The notes under the pieces: model-generated
What the model was told of the DNA's origin: nothing
What the model saw: the letters and a program-made list of their open reading frames with translations, nothing else
Databases searched by the model: none
Shown here: piece by piece, positions 19,413 through 29,991 of the stretch
Position numbering within the stretch: position 1 is the first letter of the stretch
Layout: every line of letters starts with the position of its first letter
NCBI GenBank assembly: GCA_963735805.1
Contig: CAVTMK010000002.1
Location: 1,504,001 to 1,568,000 of the forward strand
Direction: 5' to 3'
DNA: 64,000 nucleotides
DNA from: an uncultured Verrucomicrobiae bacterium
GTDB lineage: Bacteria > Verrucomicrobiota > Verrucomicrobiia > Chthoniobacterales > UBA10450
Made by a program: the position numbers and the translations under genes

Positions 19413-20438
19413 ATGAAAACTGAAGATTTAGAGTCCATAGCAAGAAAGCTGGTGGCACCGGGCAAGGGGATCCTGGCAGCCGACGAGAGCACGGGGACTA
19501 TCGAGAAGCGCCTGAAAAGCATTAACGTCCCTTCGACCGAAGAAAATCGTCGGGCATATCGTGAGGTCTTATTTACCACGAAAGGCGCGGGTGATTTTAT
19601 CAGCGGCGTTATTCTTTTCGACGAAACGATCCGGCAGAAGACTCGGGACGGGCGCACCTTCGTAAAGGCGTTGGAAGAGCAGGGGATCATCCCCGGGATC
19701 AAGGTGGATGAGGGCGCCAAAGCAATGGCGAATTTTCCGGGCGAGAAAATTACTGAGGGCCTGGATGGTTTGCGCGGACGCTTGGCCGAGTATCGGCAAT
19801 TGGGAGCGCGGTTTGCAAAATGGCGGGCCGTGATCGCGATTGGCGACAACATTCCTACGCGCACATGCATAGATGCGAACGCGGAAGCGTTGGCGCGCTA
19901 CGCAGCGCTCTGCCAGGAAGGGGATTTGGTACCGATCGTCGAACCCGAAGTGCTTATGGATGGCACGCATACGATTGAACGTTATTTCGAAGTCACACAG
20001 CAAACACTGGAAAGCGTCTTTCACGCGCTGTACGAGCATCGGGTTTCGCTCGAAGGGATGCTGCTAAAACCCAATATGGTTCTATCGGGTAAGGATTGTC
20101 CGCAACAAGCGTCGGTACAGGAAGTCGCTAAGGCTACTGTCAGTTGCTTGAAACGCGTCGTTCCCGCCGCTGTCCCCGGTATAGTGTTTCTCTCGGGTGG
20201 GCAAACGGATCAGCAAGCCACGGAACATCTCAATGCGATGAATCAATTCGGCGACTTGCCCTGGCAGTTGAGCTTTTCCTATGGGCGCGCGTTACAAGCC
20301 CCGGTGCTCAAGGCGTGGAAGGGCGATGAGGCGAATGTGGCCAAGGCGCAACAGGCGTTCCACCATCGAGCGTGGTGCAATAGCAAAGCGCGGTTCGGCA
20401 AGTACACCGAAGACATGGAAACCGCGAAGGCGGCGTAG
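19413..20438 (+). CDS. Class I fructose-bisphosphate aldolase
   Basis: GKGILAADES, PIVEPEV, LKPNM, FSYGRALQ. Confidence 0.95.
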   Translation: MKTEDLESIARKLVAPGKGILAADESTGTIEKRLKSINVPSTEENRRAYREVLFTTKGAGDFISGVILFDETIRQKTRDGRTFVKALEEQGIIPGIKVDEGAKAMANFPGEKITEGLDGLRGRLAEYRQLGARFAKWRAVIAIGDNIPTRTCIDANAEALARYAALCQEGDLVPIVEPEVLMDGTHTIERYFEVTQQTLESVFHALYEHRVSLEGMLLKPNMVLSGKDCPQQASVQEVAKATVSCLKRVVPAAVPGIVFLSGGQTDQQATEHLNAMNQFGDLPWQLSFSYGRALQAPVLKAWKGDEANVAKAQQAFHHRAWCNSKARFGKYTEDMETAKAA

Positions 20439-20472
20439 AGAGCACGAGATCATATCGCAAATGTGCAGCGCT

Positions 20473-20543
20473 TGTAGCCGCGGCGCTGTGTCGCCGCGCT
20501 AGTAGATCACGTGATCACGCCTCGACGCAGCGAGGCGGCTACA
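20473..20543. repeat. GTAG-type REP doublet (same family as 49644-49915)
   Basis: TGTAGCCGCGGCGCTGTGTCGCCG...CGCCTCGACGCAGCGAGGCGGCTACA. Confidence 0.8.
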
Positions 20544-20605
20544 AACGTTTTGCATGCACAACGCCCGGGGGTAGCCGCTCTGGCCAATCCATTTAGAGTT
20601 CTCCA

Positions 20606-22717
20606 ATGATTTACACCTGCCCCATGCACCCGGAGATCGAGCAGGATCACCCAGGTGCGTGCCCGAAATGCGGGATGACGCTTGAGTCAAAAACCGTCGG
20701 GCCGGAGGAAGAGGAACAAAGAGAAACGCGATCGCTGTCACGAAAATTCTGGGTCGCGCTAATTCTTACGATGCCGGTGTTGTTCCTGGCAATGGGTCAT
20801 GTTATTCCCGGTCTGAACATTGATTCAATCGTTCCGAAGCGACTCGGAAAATGGATTGAGTTTGGCCTAACAACACCCGTCGTACTCTGGGCGGGTGGCT
20901 TCTTTTTCACCCGGGCATGGCAGTCGATCGTTAATCGCAGTCTCAACATGTTTACGCTTATCGCCGTCGGCGTGGGCGCGGCATACGTATATAGTTCGGT
21001 TGCCGTAATTGCGCCTGGAATCTTTCCTTCTTCTTTCCAGCGCCACGGAGAAGTCGATCTTTACTTCGAAGCGGCAGCGGCCATTACGACCCTGGTCCTG
21101 CTGGGGCAACTCATCGAGGCTAAAGCGCGAAGCCGCACCGGACATGCAATCAAAGCCCTGCTGGGTCTTGCAGCGAAAACTGCGCACCGAGTTAAAGATG
21201 ACCAGGAGCAGGAGATCGCCGTCGACGAAATTCAAAAGGGCGATGTGCTCCGGGTGCGGCCTGGCGAGAAGGTGCCGATCGACGGAGTGATCAGCGACGG
21301 GAAAAGTAACATCGACGAATCGATGATCACCGGGGAATCAATGCCGGTGAGTAAACAGCCAGGCGAGAAAGTGATTGGCGCAACAGTGAATCAAACTGGC
21401 TCATTCTTGATGCGCGCGGAGCGCATCGGTTCGGAAACGGTTCTAGCGCAGATCGTGCAGATGGTTACAGACGCACAGCGTAGCCGTGCCCCGATTCAGA
21501 AACTCGCAGACAGGGTGTCCGGTTATTTTGTTCCCGCGGTGATCAGCGCCGCGATCATTACTTTTATTGTGTGGTCGATTGTTGGACCTGCGCCGGCGAT
21601 GTCGTATGCATTGGTAAACGCAGTTTCAGTCCTGATCATTGCCTGTCCGTGTGCGCTCGGACTGGCAACTCCAATGTCAATCATGGTCGGTGTTGGACGC
21701 GCCGCTCAAGCGGGGATTTTGGTGAAGAACGCGCAAGCAATCGAGATCACGGAAAAAGTTACGTACCTGGTCACAGACAAAACGGGCACGTTGACAGCTG
21801 GTAAACCGGAAGTGGTCACCCGGCTTGTGGCGAACAACATGAGTGAACGCGAGCTTTTGCAGATTGCAGCATCAGTGGAATCCCAGAGCGAGCACCCTCT
21901 TGCGCGGGCAATCGTAGAAGGCGCAGCGAAAGAAAAACTCGGGCTACGGAACGTGACTGATTTTAATTCAACTACCGGAGGTGGAGTGTCCGGTAAACTC
22001 GACAGCAAAACGATTCTCATCGGCAAGGAAAAATTTCTCGCTGATTCGAATGTTAGATTTCCGGAAGAGCTAAAAGAAGCGGCCCGTCGGTTGCAGGGAG
22101 AAGCGCAAACGACGGTCTGGGTTGCGATGAACGGAGAAGCCGCCGGCGTTCTTGGTATCGCGGATCCAATCAAGCCGACAACGAGAGAGGCTGTCCGTGA
22201 ACTTCACAAATTGGGTCTGAGGATCATCATGTGCACGGGTGACAATCAGCGCACAGCGGAGTCTGTTGCGCATGCGCTCGGCATTGATGAGTTCAAGGCT
22301 GAAGTGATGCCGGATGAAAAAATCGAGATCGTCAAGGAACTCAAATCCAAAGGTGCGATCGTTGCGATGGCCGGGGATGGAATCAACGACGCACCTGCCC
22401 TGGCAGCAGCAGATGTCGGAATTGCGATGGGGACGGGGACAGACGTCGCGATCGAAAGCGCCGGCATTACTCTGGTAAAAGGTGACCTGATGGGAATCGT
22501 TAATGCGATCCACCTCAGCCGAGCCGTAATGCGAAATATCCGGCAAAACTTATTTTTCGCGTTTATCTACAACGCGGTCGGCGTGCCCGTTGCAGCCGGA
22601 GCGCTCTATCCATTCTTTGGGCTCCTGCTGAGTCCGATGATAGCCGGCGCCGCGATGAGTTTCAGTTCGGTCTCGGTAATCTTGAATGCGCTTCGGTTGC
22701 GATCGATCAAATTATGA
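20606..22717 (+). CDS. copA: Copper-translocating P1B-type ATPase
   Basis: N-terminal YTCPMHP...CPKCGM, TGES, CPC, DKTGT, SEHP, GDGIND, YN and MSFSS. Confidence 0.93.
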   Translation: MIYTCPMHPEIEQDHPGACPKCGMTLESKTVGPEEEEQRETRSLSRKFWVALILTMPVLFLAMGHVIPGLNIDSIVPKRLGKWIEFGLTTPVVLWAGGFFFTRAWQSIVNRSLNMFTLIAVGVGAAYVYSSVAVIAPGIFPSSFQRHGEVDLYFEAAAAITTLVLLGQLIEAKARSRTGHAIKALLGLAAKTAHRVKDDQEQEIAVDEIQKGDVLRVRPGEKVPIDGVISDGKSNIDESMITGESMPVSKQPGEKVIGATVNQTGSFLMRAERIGSETVLAQIVQMVTDAQRSRAPIQKLADRVSGYFVPAVISAAIITFIVWSIVGPAPAMSYALVNAVSVLIIACPCALGLATPMSIMVGVGRAAQAGILVKNAQAIEITEKVTYLVTDKTGTLTAGKPEVVTRLVANNMSERELLQIAASVESQSEHPLARAIVEGAAKEKLGLRNVTDFNSTTGGGVSGKLDSKTILIGKEKFLADSNVRFPEELKEAARRLQGEAQTTVWVAMNGEAAGVLGIADPIKPTTREAVRELHKLGLRIIMCTGDNQRTAESVAHALGIDEFKAEVMPDEKIEIVKELKSKGAIVAMAGDGINDAPALAAADVGIAMGTGTDVAIESAGITLVKGDLMGIVNAIHLSRAVMRNIRQNLFFAFIYNAVGVPVAAGALYPFFGLLLSPMIAGAAMSFSSVSVILNALRLRSIKL

Positions 22718-22789
22718 ATCGACGCTCAGGCCTGTTGGCCGAAAGACGTGCGTCTGTGTGATAGATTCAGAAGCAAAACGCCAAGCTTA

Positions 22790-22945
22790 CTAGCAGCTGC
22801 AACTCTTACCGCAATTGCACGCCTTGTTGTCGTTCATAGGACAATTCTTGCCCGTCTTCGCGCAACTCGGGTTGTCTGCTGCGAAACCGACTGTGCAAAT
22901 CGCAGCTGTAAGAACCGAAAGCAGAACTTTCAGATAATTCTTCAT
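22790..22945 (-). CDS. 51-aa secreted metallothionein-like micropeptide (not in ORF track)
   Basis: Hand translation MKNYLKVLLSVLTAAICTVGFAADNPSCAKTGKNCPMNDNKACNCGKSCSC, then TAG TAA. Confidence 0.72.
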   Translation of the reverse strand: MKNYLKVLLSVLTAAICTVGFAADNPSCAKTGKNCPMNDNKACNCGKSCSC

Positions 22946-23118
22946 CGACCAATCTCGCTCTCAACCATTGCGAACGCCAGTGAAAAGAGGAGGCAGGTCT
23001 CACGACAAACCGAGATTTTCTCCTGTGTTGATCTCGACGGCGTATTCCTCGATTACTGGTTCCCACTCCGTGAGGCTGGACGCTTGCTCCACAATGATCC
23101 TTCCGGCAATCTGCCGAT

Positions 23119-23865
23119 ATGGCGACGGCCTTTGGACCATCCATGTTGCGCGAAACTCGGATGAGAAATAGCCCGGACGTCGTGGACGGCTTTCGCATGC
23201 GAGGGCGCGAAGTGACGCGTCTCGAATCGTTCGCTGACGCGATCTTCGCGTTTGCCCTCACACTGCTCATCGTTTCGCTGGAAGTGCCAAAGAGTTTTGC
23301 TGATCTCATCAACACGATGCGTGGTTTTCCGGCGTTCGCTGTTTGCTTTCTGATGCTGGCGACAATCTGGAACACGCATTACAAATTCAGCCGACGCTAT
23401 GGTCTTCATGACGCGACGACACGGTTTCTGACGTGTGTACTGCTTTTTATTGTCTTGTTCTATGTCTATCCGCTGAAGTTCCTTTTTACCCTTGGGATTG
23501 ATGACATGATCTTCGGCGGTTCTGGTGGTTTGCGAATCAGTAACGGCGAACTTTCAACTTTGTATTCCATTTATGGTTTTGGATTTGCCGGCATTTATTT
23601 CGCGTTCACGTTGCTTTACCTGCACGCGTGGCGATTGCGCGATATTCTCGAACTATCGGCAATCGAGAAACTTGAAACCCGTTACGTCATTTGTCGGGTC
23701 TTCTTTGTGAGCGTTGTCGGATTAATTGCCGCTGTATCAGCACAAATGGCCTGGTTCCCATCGTGGGGCGGTCTGATTTATCTTTTACTCATTCCTATAT
23801 TGCGCGGCTTTAGCATCGTGCATCGACGTCAGCGGGCGGCATTGTTGGCGGCTCAGGGACAATAG
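23119..23865 (+). CDS. TMEM175 (DUF1211) family membrane channel
   Basis: RLESFADAIFAFALTLL signature, W..H, 6 hydrophobic segments. Confidence 0.85.
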   Translation: MATAFGPSMLRETRMRNSPDVVDGFRMRGREVTRLESFADAIFAFALTLLIVSLEVPKSFADLINTMRGFPAFAVCFLMLATIWNTHYKFSRRYGLHDATTRFLTCVLLFIVLFYVYPLKFLFTLGIDDMIFGGSGGLRISNGELSTLYSIYGFGFAGIYFAFTLLYLHAWRLRDILELSAIEKLETRYVICRVFFVSVVGLIAAVSAQMAWFPSWGGLIYLLLIPILRGFSIVHRRQRAALLAAQGQ

Positions 23866-23930
23866 TCAGCCGGCAGCCAGTCAGGCTTGTTTGCGACAGA
23901 GACAGACTGCGTTACAGATGTAATCGCTAA

Positions 23931-25589
23931 ATGGCGAAAACATTGTTCATTACCACAGCGATCGATTACACGAATTCGCCCCCGCATATCGGGCACGCCT
24001 ACGAGAAGGTGCTGGCTGACGTGATCGCTCGCTATCATCGGCTTCAGGGTGACAATGTCTTTTTCTTAACTGGCGTGGATCAGCACGGCCAGAAGGTTCA
24101 GCAATCCGCAGCAAAAGCGGGTGTTCCTCCAGCCGAATTCGTCAAAGAGATCACACAGAAGTTTGTCGAGCTTTGGAAAAAGCTGGATGTGAAGTACGAC
24201 CAATGGGCTGAGACAACGAGCGATCGCCACAAGAAAGTTGTCCAAGGAATTCTCCAGCGTCTTTTTGATGCGGGCCAAATCTACAAAGACAAGCAAGCGG
24301 GTTACTACTCAGTTCGGCAGGAACAATTTCTAACTGACAAGGAACGCGGTCCTGATGGCGAGTTTGGTCCCGAGTGGGGACAGGTCGAGTTTCGTGAGGA
24401 AGAAAATTACTATTTCAAGCTAAGCGATCACAAAAACTGGTTGCTCGATTATCTCCAGAAACGAAGCGACGCAGTCATTCCTGATTTTCGTCACACGGAA
24501 TTACGAAATGCCGTCGAAAAACTCAGCGGAGATCTCTGCATCTCGCGCCCGAAATCGCGCCTAAGCTGGGGAATCGAGCTGCCCTTTGACAAGGATTTCG
24601 TCAATTACGTCTGGTTCGACGCCCTAACGAATTATATCAGCTTCGTCGGTTACGATCCAAACATCGACACTTACGAAAAGCAACCGTTGGAATTTCGTGA
24701 TCGTTGGTCGAAAAACACGCTCCAAATCATTGGCAAGGACATCCTCGTCCCAGCGCACGGCATTTACTGGCTCATCATGCTACACGCGATCGGATTTCCT
24801 AACGAAGCAATGCCGCAATTGCTCGTTCACGGCTGGTGGAATCTCGGCGGTACAAAGATGAGTAAGAGTGCAGGGAACGTTGTTGATCCATTTGCGCTTG
24901 TAGAGAAATATGGTGCCGATCCGGTCCGGCTATATTTGACCGGCACGATTGCAACTGGTTGGGACGCGGATTTTTCCGAAGAACGGCTTCTGACTTACTA
25001 CAACAGCGCACTCGCGAATGGCCTGGGAAACTTGGTCAGTCGGACGCTAAACATGATACATCGATATCTTGGTGGACGCCTGAGGAAAGCCAGCAACGAG
25101 GCCGGGACGCAAGCCATATCGTCATTGCTTAGCTACATCGAGCGCTGGCTTGCGGGCCAGACTTGTCTGTACTCCGAGGATTTCGATGGAGGTGAGCATA
25201 GAACACCCGATGGTAAAGTATTTCCGTTATCCAGGTTCCAGGTTCACCACGCGATTGGGCTAATCATGGACGCGATTGCAATGTGTGATCGTGCCGTAGA
25301 AGAGTCTGCACCGTGGAAGCTTTCAAAAGATCCGAGTAAGGCAGAAGAGCTGGCGCGCGTCCTCTATGTCCTAACGGAAGCAATCCGAATTGTCGCGATA
25401 TGGATTTCGCCGATGATGCCTGGATCGGCCCACGGAATTTTCGATCAACTGAATTGGAAAATGGAGTTGAGTGGAAAAGAAGAACGTTTCTCACTCGCAG
25501 ATGCGGAGTGGGGGAGATTGCCGGATGGACATGTTGTCGGCAAACCGGTCCCGTTGTTCCCGCGAATTGACGTCGGAGATGGCGTTTGA
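23931..25589 (+). CDS. metG: Methionyl-tRNA synthetase
   Basis: PHIGH, YVWFDAL.NY, GKDI, KMSKS, PLFPRI. Confidence 0.95.
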   Translation: MAKTLFITTAIDYTNSPPHIGHAYEKVLADVIARYHRLQGDNVFFLTGVDQHGQKVQQSAAKAGVPPAEFVKEITQKFVELWKKLDVKYDQWAETTSDRHKKVVQGILQRLFDAGQIYKDKQAGYYSVRQEQFLTDKERGPDGEFGPEWGQVEFREEENYYFKLSDHKNWLLDYLQKRSDAVIPDFRHTELRNAVEKLSGDLCISRPKSRLSWGIELPFDKDFVNYVWFDALTNYISFVGYDPNIDTYEKQPLEFRDRWSKNTLQIIGKDILVPAHGIYWLIMLHAIGFPNEAMPQLLVHGWWNLGGTKMSKSAGNVVDPFALVEKYGADPVRLYLTGTIATGWDADFSEERLLTYYNSALANGLGNLVSRTLNMIHRYLGGRLRKASNEAGTQAISSLLSYIERWLAGQTCLYSEDFDGGEHRTPDGKVFPLSRFQVHHAIGLIMDAIAMCDRAVEESAPWKLSKDPSKAEELARVLYVLTEAIRIVAIWISPMMPGSAHGIFDQLNWKMELSGKEERFSLADAEWGRLPDGHVVGKPVPLFPRIDVGDGV

Positions 25590-25646
25590 CACAGACGCCC
25601 TACAACCTGGTCATAATTGTCTAGAGCGTCTCTGCGAGACGCTGAC

Positions 25647-26921
25647 CTATTGCGCACATTCTTCGAAAGCAGCCGGCTCGCCGCGCAGGTGTGCGAGGAC
25701 TTCGCCGGCAAAATGAAGTGAGCCCGTAATCAAAATTGGATTTGGTTTCGCGTGTGCGAGAGCCAACGCGTCAGCGACCGATGGAACAATGGAGTAGGGG
25801 AGTGGCGGAGTAATGTTGGCCAGGATTTTTACCAGCTCTTCTGGATCCGCCGCGCGTTCACTGCGAATTTTCGGGAGGACAACGAACTGGCTAATCGGCA
25901 CGAGCGCTTCACAGATTGCGTGCAGATTTTTGTCGGCAAGGATGGCGAGAATAAGAGTAGCGCGCTGATCGCCAAAGTTCTCGCGCCACGTTTGGGCGAC
26001 CAGTTGCGCGGCGCCGGGGTTATGCGCGCCGTCGATGATCGTCCGCGTATCCCATCTTTGGAAACGCCCGGGCCAATCGATGGCCGCGAGCCCTTGCGCA
26101 ATCGATGAGTTGTCGACATCGATTTCCGCGACCCGAAGTGCAGCAATCGCAAGCGCCGCATTTTGCTTTTGATGCGCTCCCGCGAGCGCAACGGGTGTCT
26201 CCTCATACGGCGCGGTTACGAATCGGATCGGCGCTCCGCACTGAGCTGCACGCGCACGAATCACTTCTTCGGCTTCCGGTCGCTGCGGCGCACAAACAAC
26301 GGGGACACCCGGCTTGATAATGCCAGCTTTCTCAGCAGCGATCTGGGAAAGCGTGTCGCCCAGCCATTTTTCGTGATCGAAATTGATGGACGTTATCACT
26401 GAGACATTCGACTGAATGGCGTTCGTCGCATCGAGCCGGCCACCGAGACCGGTTTCCAGAATAACGATCTCAATTTTCGTGTCCGCGAAATGCTTGAGCG
26501 CAAGCGCGGTTACGACCTCGAAAAATGTCGGATGCGGATCCCAGTTCCCGACAAGATCGCGGATTCTCGTCAGGCCAATAGCGACGTCCTGTTCAGAAAT
26601 CATATCCCCGTTCACGCGAATGCGTTCGCGAAAGGTGACGAGGTGAGGGGAGGTGAACAGGCCTGTGCGATATCCTTGTGCGCGGGAGATCGAATCGATC
26701 ATGGCGCAGACGGAGCCTTTGCCATTTGTGCCTGCGACATGAATGACCTTGCCGGGGGTTTGCGGCGAGACGCGCGCAATCACCAGATCGAGTTCTTCGA
26801 GTAAACGCCGGGTGTTCTCCAGACCGAGCTTGATTCCGAACCGCTGGAGCCCGTAGAGCCAGACGAGCGATTCCTTGTACGTTAAAGGAGGTCGCGGCAC
26901 AAAGGCCGCTCCTACATTCAC
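25647..26921 (-). CDS. folC: Folylpolyglutamate/dihydrofolate synthase
   Basis: HVAGTNGKGS, TSPHL, ETGLGGRLDATN, DGAHN, GSLH. Confidence 0.95.
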   Translation of the reverse strand: MNVGAAFVPRPPLTYKESLVWLYGLQRFGIKLGLENTRRLLEELDLVIARVSPQTPGKVIHVAGTNGKGSVCAMIDSISRAQGYRTGLFTSPHLVTFRERIRVNGDMISEQDVAIGLTRIRDLVGNWDPHPTFFEVVTALALKHFADTKIEIVILETGLGGRLDATNAIQSNVSVITSINFDHEKWLGDTLSQIAAEKAGIIKPGVPVVCAPQRPEAEEVIRARAAQCGAPIRFVTAPYEETPVALAGAHQKQNAALAIAALRVAEIDVDNSSIAQGLAAIDWPGRFQRWDTRTIIDGAHNPGAAQLVAQTWRENFGDQRATLILAILADKNLHAICEALVPISQFVVLPKIRSERAADPEELVKILANITPPLPYSIVPSVADALALAHAKPNPILITGSLHFAGEVLAHLRGEPAAFEECAQ

Positions 26922-27763
26922 GGCGCAACAGTGAAATAGTTGAGCAATCGGCTGATCTGCTCGCGCATTTTTTTACGGTGCACGATCATGTCGATCAAAC
27001 CATGCTCCTCAAGAAACTCAGCAGTTTGAAATCGTTCGGGCAAATCCTGGTGCGTGGTCTCCCTGATGACGCGTGGACCGGCGAAGCCGATCATGCTTTT
27101 GGGTTCGGCTATAATAACGTCACCCAGCGACGCGAAGCTGGCCATGACGCCGGCTGTAGTGGGATTGGTCAGGACCGAAATATAAGGAAGTTTGGCTTCC
27201 GCATGGCGAGCGAGTGCGCCGCTTGTTTTAGCCATCTGCATCAAGCTCAGCATGCCTTCGTACATGCGAGCTCCGCCGGAAGCCGCAACGATGATCACCG
27301 CGCAACGCTCGGCGGTTCCGTATTCGATTGTGCGCGTGATTCTCTCGCCAACCACCGAACCCATTGTCGCGGCAAGAAAACCGAAATCCATCACCGCGAT
27401 CGCAACCTTGTGGCCGTCAAGAATTCCATACCCACTGATGACAGCGTCAAGAAGACCGGTGCGTTCCTGATAGGTCTTGAGTCGCTCTTTATAGTTGGCC
27501 ATTCCCTGGAAACGTAAGACGTCCACTGATTTGAGGCCCGCGTCCATTTCGACAAAAGATCCCGGGTCGAGAAGATTCTGAATTCGTTCCTTAGCCGGTT
27601 GCGCAAAATGATAATCGCAGCGCGGACAGACTCGCTGGTTCTGCGCGAGCTCGATCTCTGGCACAACTTCCGAACAGCCGGGGCACTTTTGAAAAAGGCC
27701 GCGCGGAATCTCCTTTTTCTTCCCGCTTTCTGCCTTGATTGCTGGTTTTTTGAAAATCGCCAT
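26918..27763 (-). CDS. accD: Acetyl-CoA carboxylase carboxyltransferase beta
   Basis: CPGC...CPRC zinc finger, SGGARM.EG.LSLMQMAK, GFAGPRVI. Confidence 0.96.
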   Translation of the reverse strand: MAIFKKPAIKAESGKKKEIPRGLFQKCPGCSEVVPEIELAQNQRVCPRCDYHFAQPAKERIQNLLDPGSFVEMDAGLKSVDVLRFQGMANYKERLKTYQERTGLLDAVISGYGILDGHKVAIAVMDFGFLAATMGSVVGERITRTIEYGTAERCAVIIVAASGGARMYEGMLSLMQMAKTSGALARHAEAKLPYISVLTNPTTAGVMASFASLGDVIIAEPKSMIGFAGPRVIRETTHQDLPERFQTAEFLEEHGLIDMIVHRKKMREQISRLLNYFTVAP

Positions 27764-27769
27764 TGCAAT

Positions 27770-28498
27770 TTAAGCGCGCGCAGCCATTGCCGCATGAACA
27801 GAGGTCGCGCCAGCATGTTTCAACACACGCGCGCACTCACTTAGCGTAGAACCCGTTGTAAGAATATCATCAATCAACAGCACCTGTAAGCCTCGCACGT
27901 CCGTGTTCTTTCGTAAACGGAACGCGTTATGCAAATTTTCCATTCGCTCGGCGCGGTCGAGCGCGGTCTGTGTGGTTGTATATCGAATGCGCTCCAGCAG
28001 GGCCTTGCACGGAACTGATATCCGCGAGCTCAGCAATTCGGCAAGCAAGCCCGCTTGATTGAATCCCCGTTCCCGTCGCCGAGTTGGATGCAACGGGACG
28101 GGTACGATCAAGTCGAATTCACGTTCGCGCAGACGCTCATCGTCAAGTGCTTCATATAGCCAGCGTGCCACGAGATGTCGCAAATGAACCTGACGGCCGT
28201 ACTTAAAGTCGTGAATGATCTGGCGGACTACACCGCGGCCACGATACGCGGCAACCGCTGCCTCAAAGTAAATCGTGCGACGCGTGCAGTTGGCGCATCT
28301 GAACGCGCCGGTAATGGCGCCTTCGAAGGGCTCCGAACATTGCCGGCAAAACGGCGCAACGATGCGCATGGTCTTTGCTTCGCATTGCTCGCAGAGATAT
28401 TGGCCGGCTCGAGTTTTGCCACCACAGAGCGTGCATACCGGCGGGTAGAGAAGCGAGGCGGCGGCTTCGAATAATTCAAACTTGTGAAGCGCGATCAT
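27770..28498 (-). CDS. comF: ComF family protein (double zinc ribbon + PRTase)
   Basis: Four CxxC, VPVPLH..R..ERGFNQ, LIDDILTTGST. Confidence 0.9.
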   Translation of the reverse strand: MIALHKFELFEAAASLLYPPVCTLCGGKTRAGQYLCEQCEAKTMRIVAPFCRQCSEPFEGAITGAFRCANCTRRTIYFEAAVAAYRGRGVVRQIIHDFKYGRQVHLRHLVARWLYEALDDERLREREFDLIVPVPLHPTRRRERGFNQAGLLAELLSSRISVPCKALLERIRYTTTQTALDRAERMENLHNAFRLRKNTDVRGLQVLLIDDILTTGSTLSECARVLKHAGATSVHAAMAARA

Positions 28499-29363
28499 AT
28501 TTCAGCCACGTGCGCATTATTATCCAGGTAACGGCAGCTACACCCAGCGGGATGATTCCGACAAGCATGTTCTTTCCTATCCAGGGAAAGGCGAGCATTT
28601 GTTGACGAGCCAACCGGCTAAAGGCCCCGCTACCGGCGATCCACCCGGCATGCAGGCCAATCGATAACCACAACGACTGGGTAAGCACACGCGCGTCAGC
28701 GAGAATCCAGCCGATGAAAAATAATGTTGCGACCGCCGAGGCGAGTAACATCGGATCGCCAATTCCGTCAAATGCATGGGCGATCGAACTGAACCCAGAC
28801 GTCCATGTTACCACAGCCGATGTCGCCTCCGGGGCCTTTAAAAAATGGACGACCGCAAAGATCGCTGAAACAGCAAAGATAGCTACGTACTTCCGTCCGG
28901 TTCTCAGCAAAACTCCTAAAACAATCCCGCGAAAAAAAACCTCTTCAATGAACGGAACCGTTATTGACGCAAGCAGCATCTTGCCAAAACGCGCCCAGGC
29001 AAAGCTGTGCCGAAACAAATATACATGAGACGCGATCAGTAACGCCCCGCAACAGAGCAGGGGAAGCACAGAGATAACAACACCGGCGATGAGATCACGG
29101 CCCCAGCGTGAATTTGGTACGAGGGCCAGGTCACCCATGCTGTGGACATGGCTGGCTCGCAGGAATGGCCAGAGCAAAACTAAGGCCGCGATCAGAAGGG
29201 CGCGATGAAAGAATGTTTCGAAATCATAACTTGTCAGGAAAGGGAACACACCGTGCGCGGCAAGCGACTGAGCAGACCAAAAGAGAATTGGCGCGAGGAA
29301 GACCCCGACGACAATCGTTCCAATAAAATATGCCGCCAATCTGACTACATCTTTCAAGCCCAT
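28476..29363 (-). CDS. CPBP (CAAX/Abi) family intramembrane metalloprotease
   Basis: EEVFFRG, FAVVH, HAGW motifs. Confidence 0.85.
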   Translation of the reverse strand: MGLKDVVRLAAYFIGTIVVGVFLAPILFWSAQSLAAHGVFPFLTSYDFETFFHRALLIAALVLLWPFLRASHVHSMGDLALVPNSRWGRDLIAGVVISVLPLLCCGALLIASHVYLFRHSFAWARFGKMLLASITVPFIEEVFFRGIVLGVLLRTGRKYVAIFAVSAIFAVVHFLKAPEATSAVVTWTSGFSSIAHAFDGIGDPMLLASAVATLFFIGWILADARVLTQSLWLSIGLHAGWIAGSGAFSRLARQQMLAFPWIGKNMLVGIIPLGVAAVTWIIMRTWLKYDRASQV

Positions 29364-29383
29364 TAATGTAAGGTTTTACTGCG

Positions 29384-29644
29384 ATGCCGAGTCAACACAT
29401 ATGGACGGACAAAGATCAAGATGGCAGAAAACGCGAAGTGCGCGCGACGAAGTTCGGCCGAGCGTGGCGGTTGCAGGCCAAGGTGGTCGGCGATCTCGAC
29501 TGGACCTACTATGATCGTCCGTTAATGGAGGATTTGCTAACATTGAAAGAAATCCTTGTGCGGAAGTACCAGCGGCGGCGTGCATCGTTTGAGGACGTTG
29601 CTTCGATCGAAAAGCTCATCCAGGAACAGCGTACGTATGAATGA
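29384..29644 (+). CDS. Hypothetical protein
   Basis: 86-aa ORF with protein-like composition, no competing gene. Confidence 0.65.
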   Translation: MPSQHIWTDKDQDGRKREVRATKFGRAWRLQAKVVGDLDWTYYDRPLMEDLLTLKEILVRKYQRRRASFEDVASIEKLIQEQRTYE

Positions 29645-29704
29645 CGAGGCTGCTGTTAAATAGGTCGCGGAGGTAGGTGCATTTTATCCGTATCGAAAAT
29701 TCTT

Positions 29705-29958
29705 ATGACTGAATGGAACACCCAGGAGCTAATCGACGCCGACAAGCGGTTCACGACTGGTGCAGGCGGACGGATACGCTGTTGATCATGGATGAAGTGA
29801 TGACTGGATTTGGCAGAACAAGTCGAATGTTCGCGATGGAATATGAAGGCGTGATTCCGGATATGGCGATAATGGGTAAGAGCTTGAGCGAAAGCTATCT
29901 TCCGCTGGATATTACCTTGATATCGGTAAAACCATTTCGGCTTTCGATGTGTCAGTAG
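29705..29958 (+). pseudogene. bioA: BioA-like class III aminotransferase relic
   Basis: N-terminal MTEWNTQELIDADKRF in one frame abuts LLIMDEVMTGFGRT...PDM...GKSL..YLPL in another; most of the gene is absent. Confidence 0.7.
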
Positions 29959-29991
29959 CGGATGGTAGAGCTCTTGTGTATGGCATAAAGG

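Noticed and set aside
22748..23409. ORFs 22748-23164, 22806-23375 and 23053-23409
   Set aside because: Shadow frames overlapping the TMEM175 gene and the Cys micropeptide
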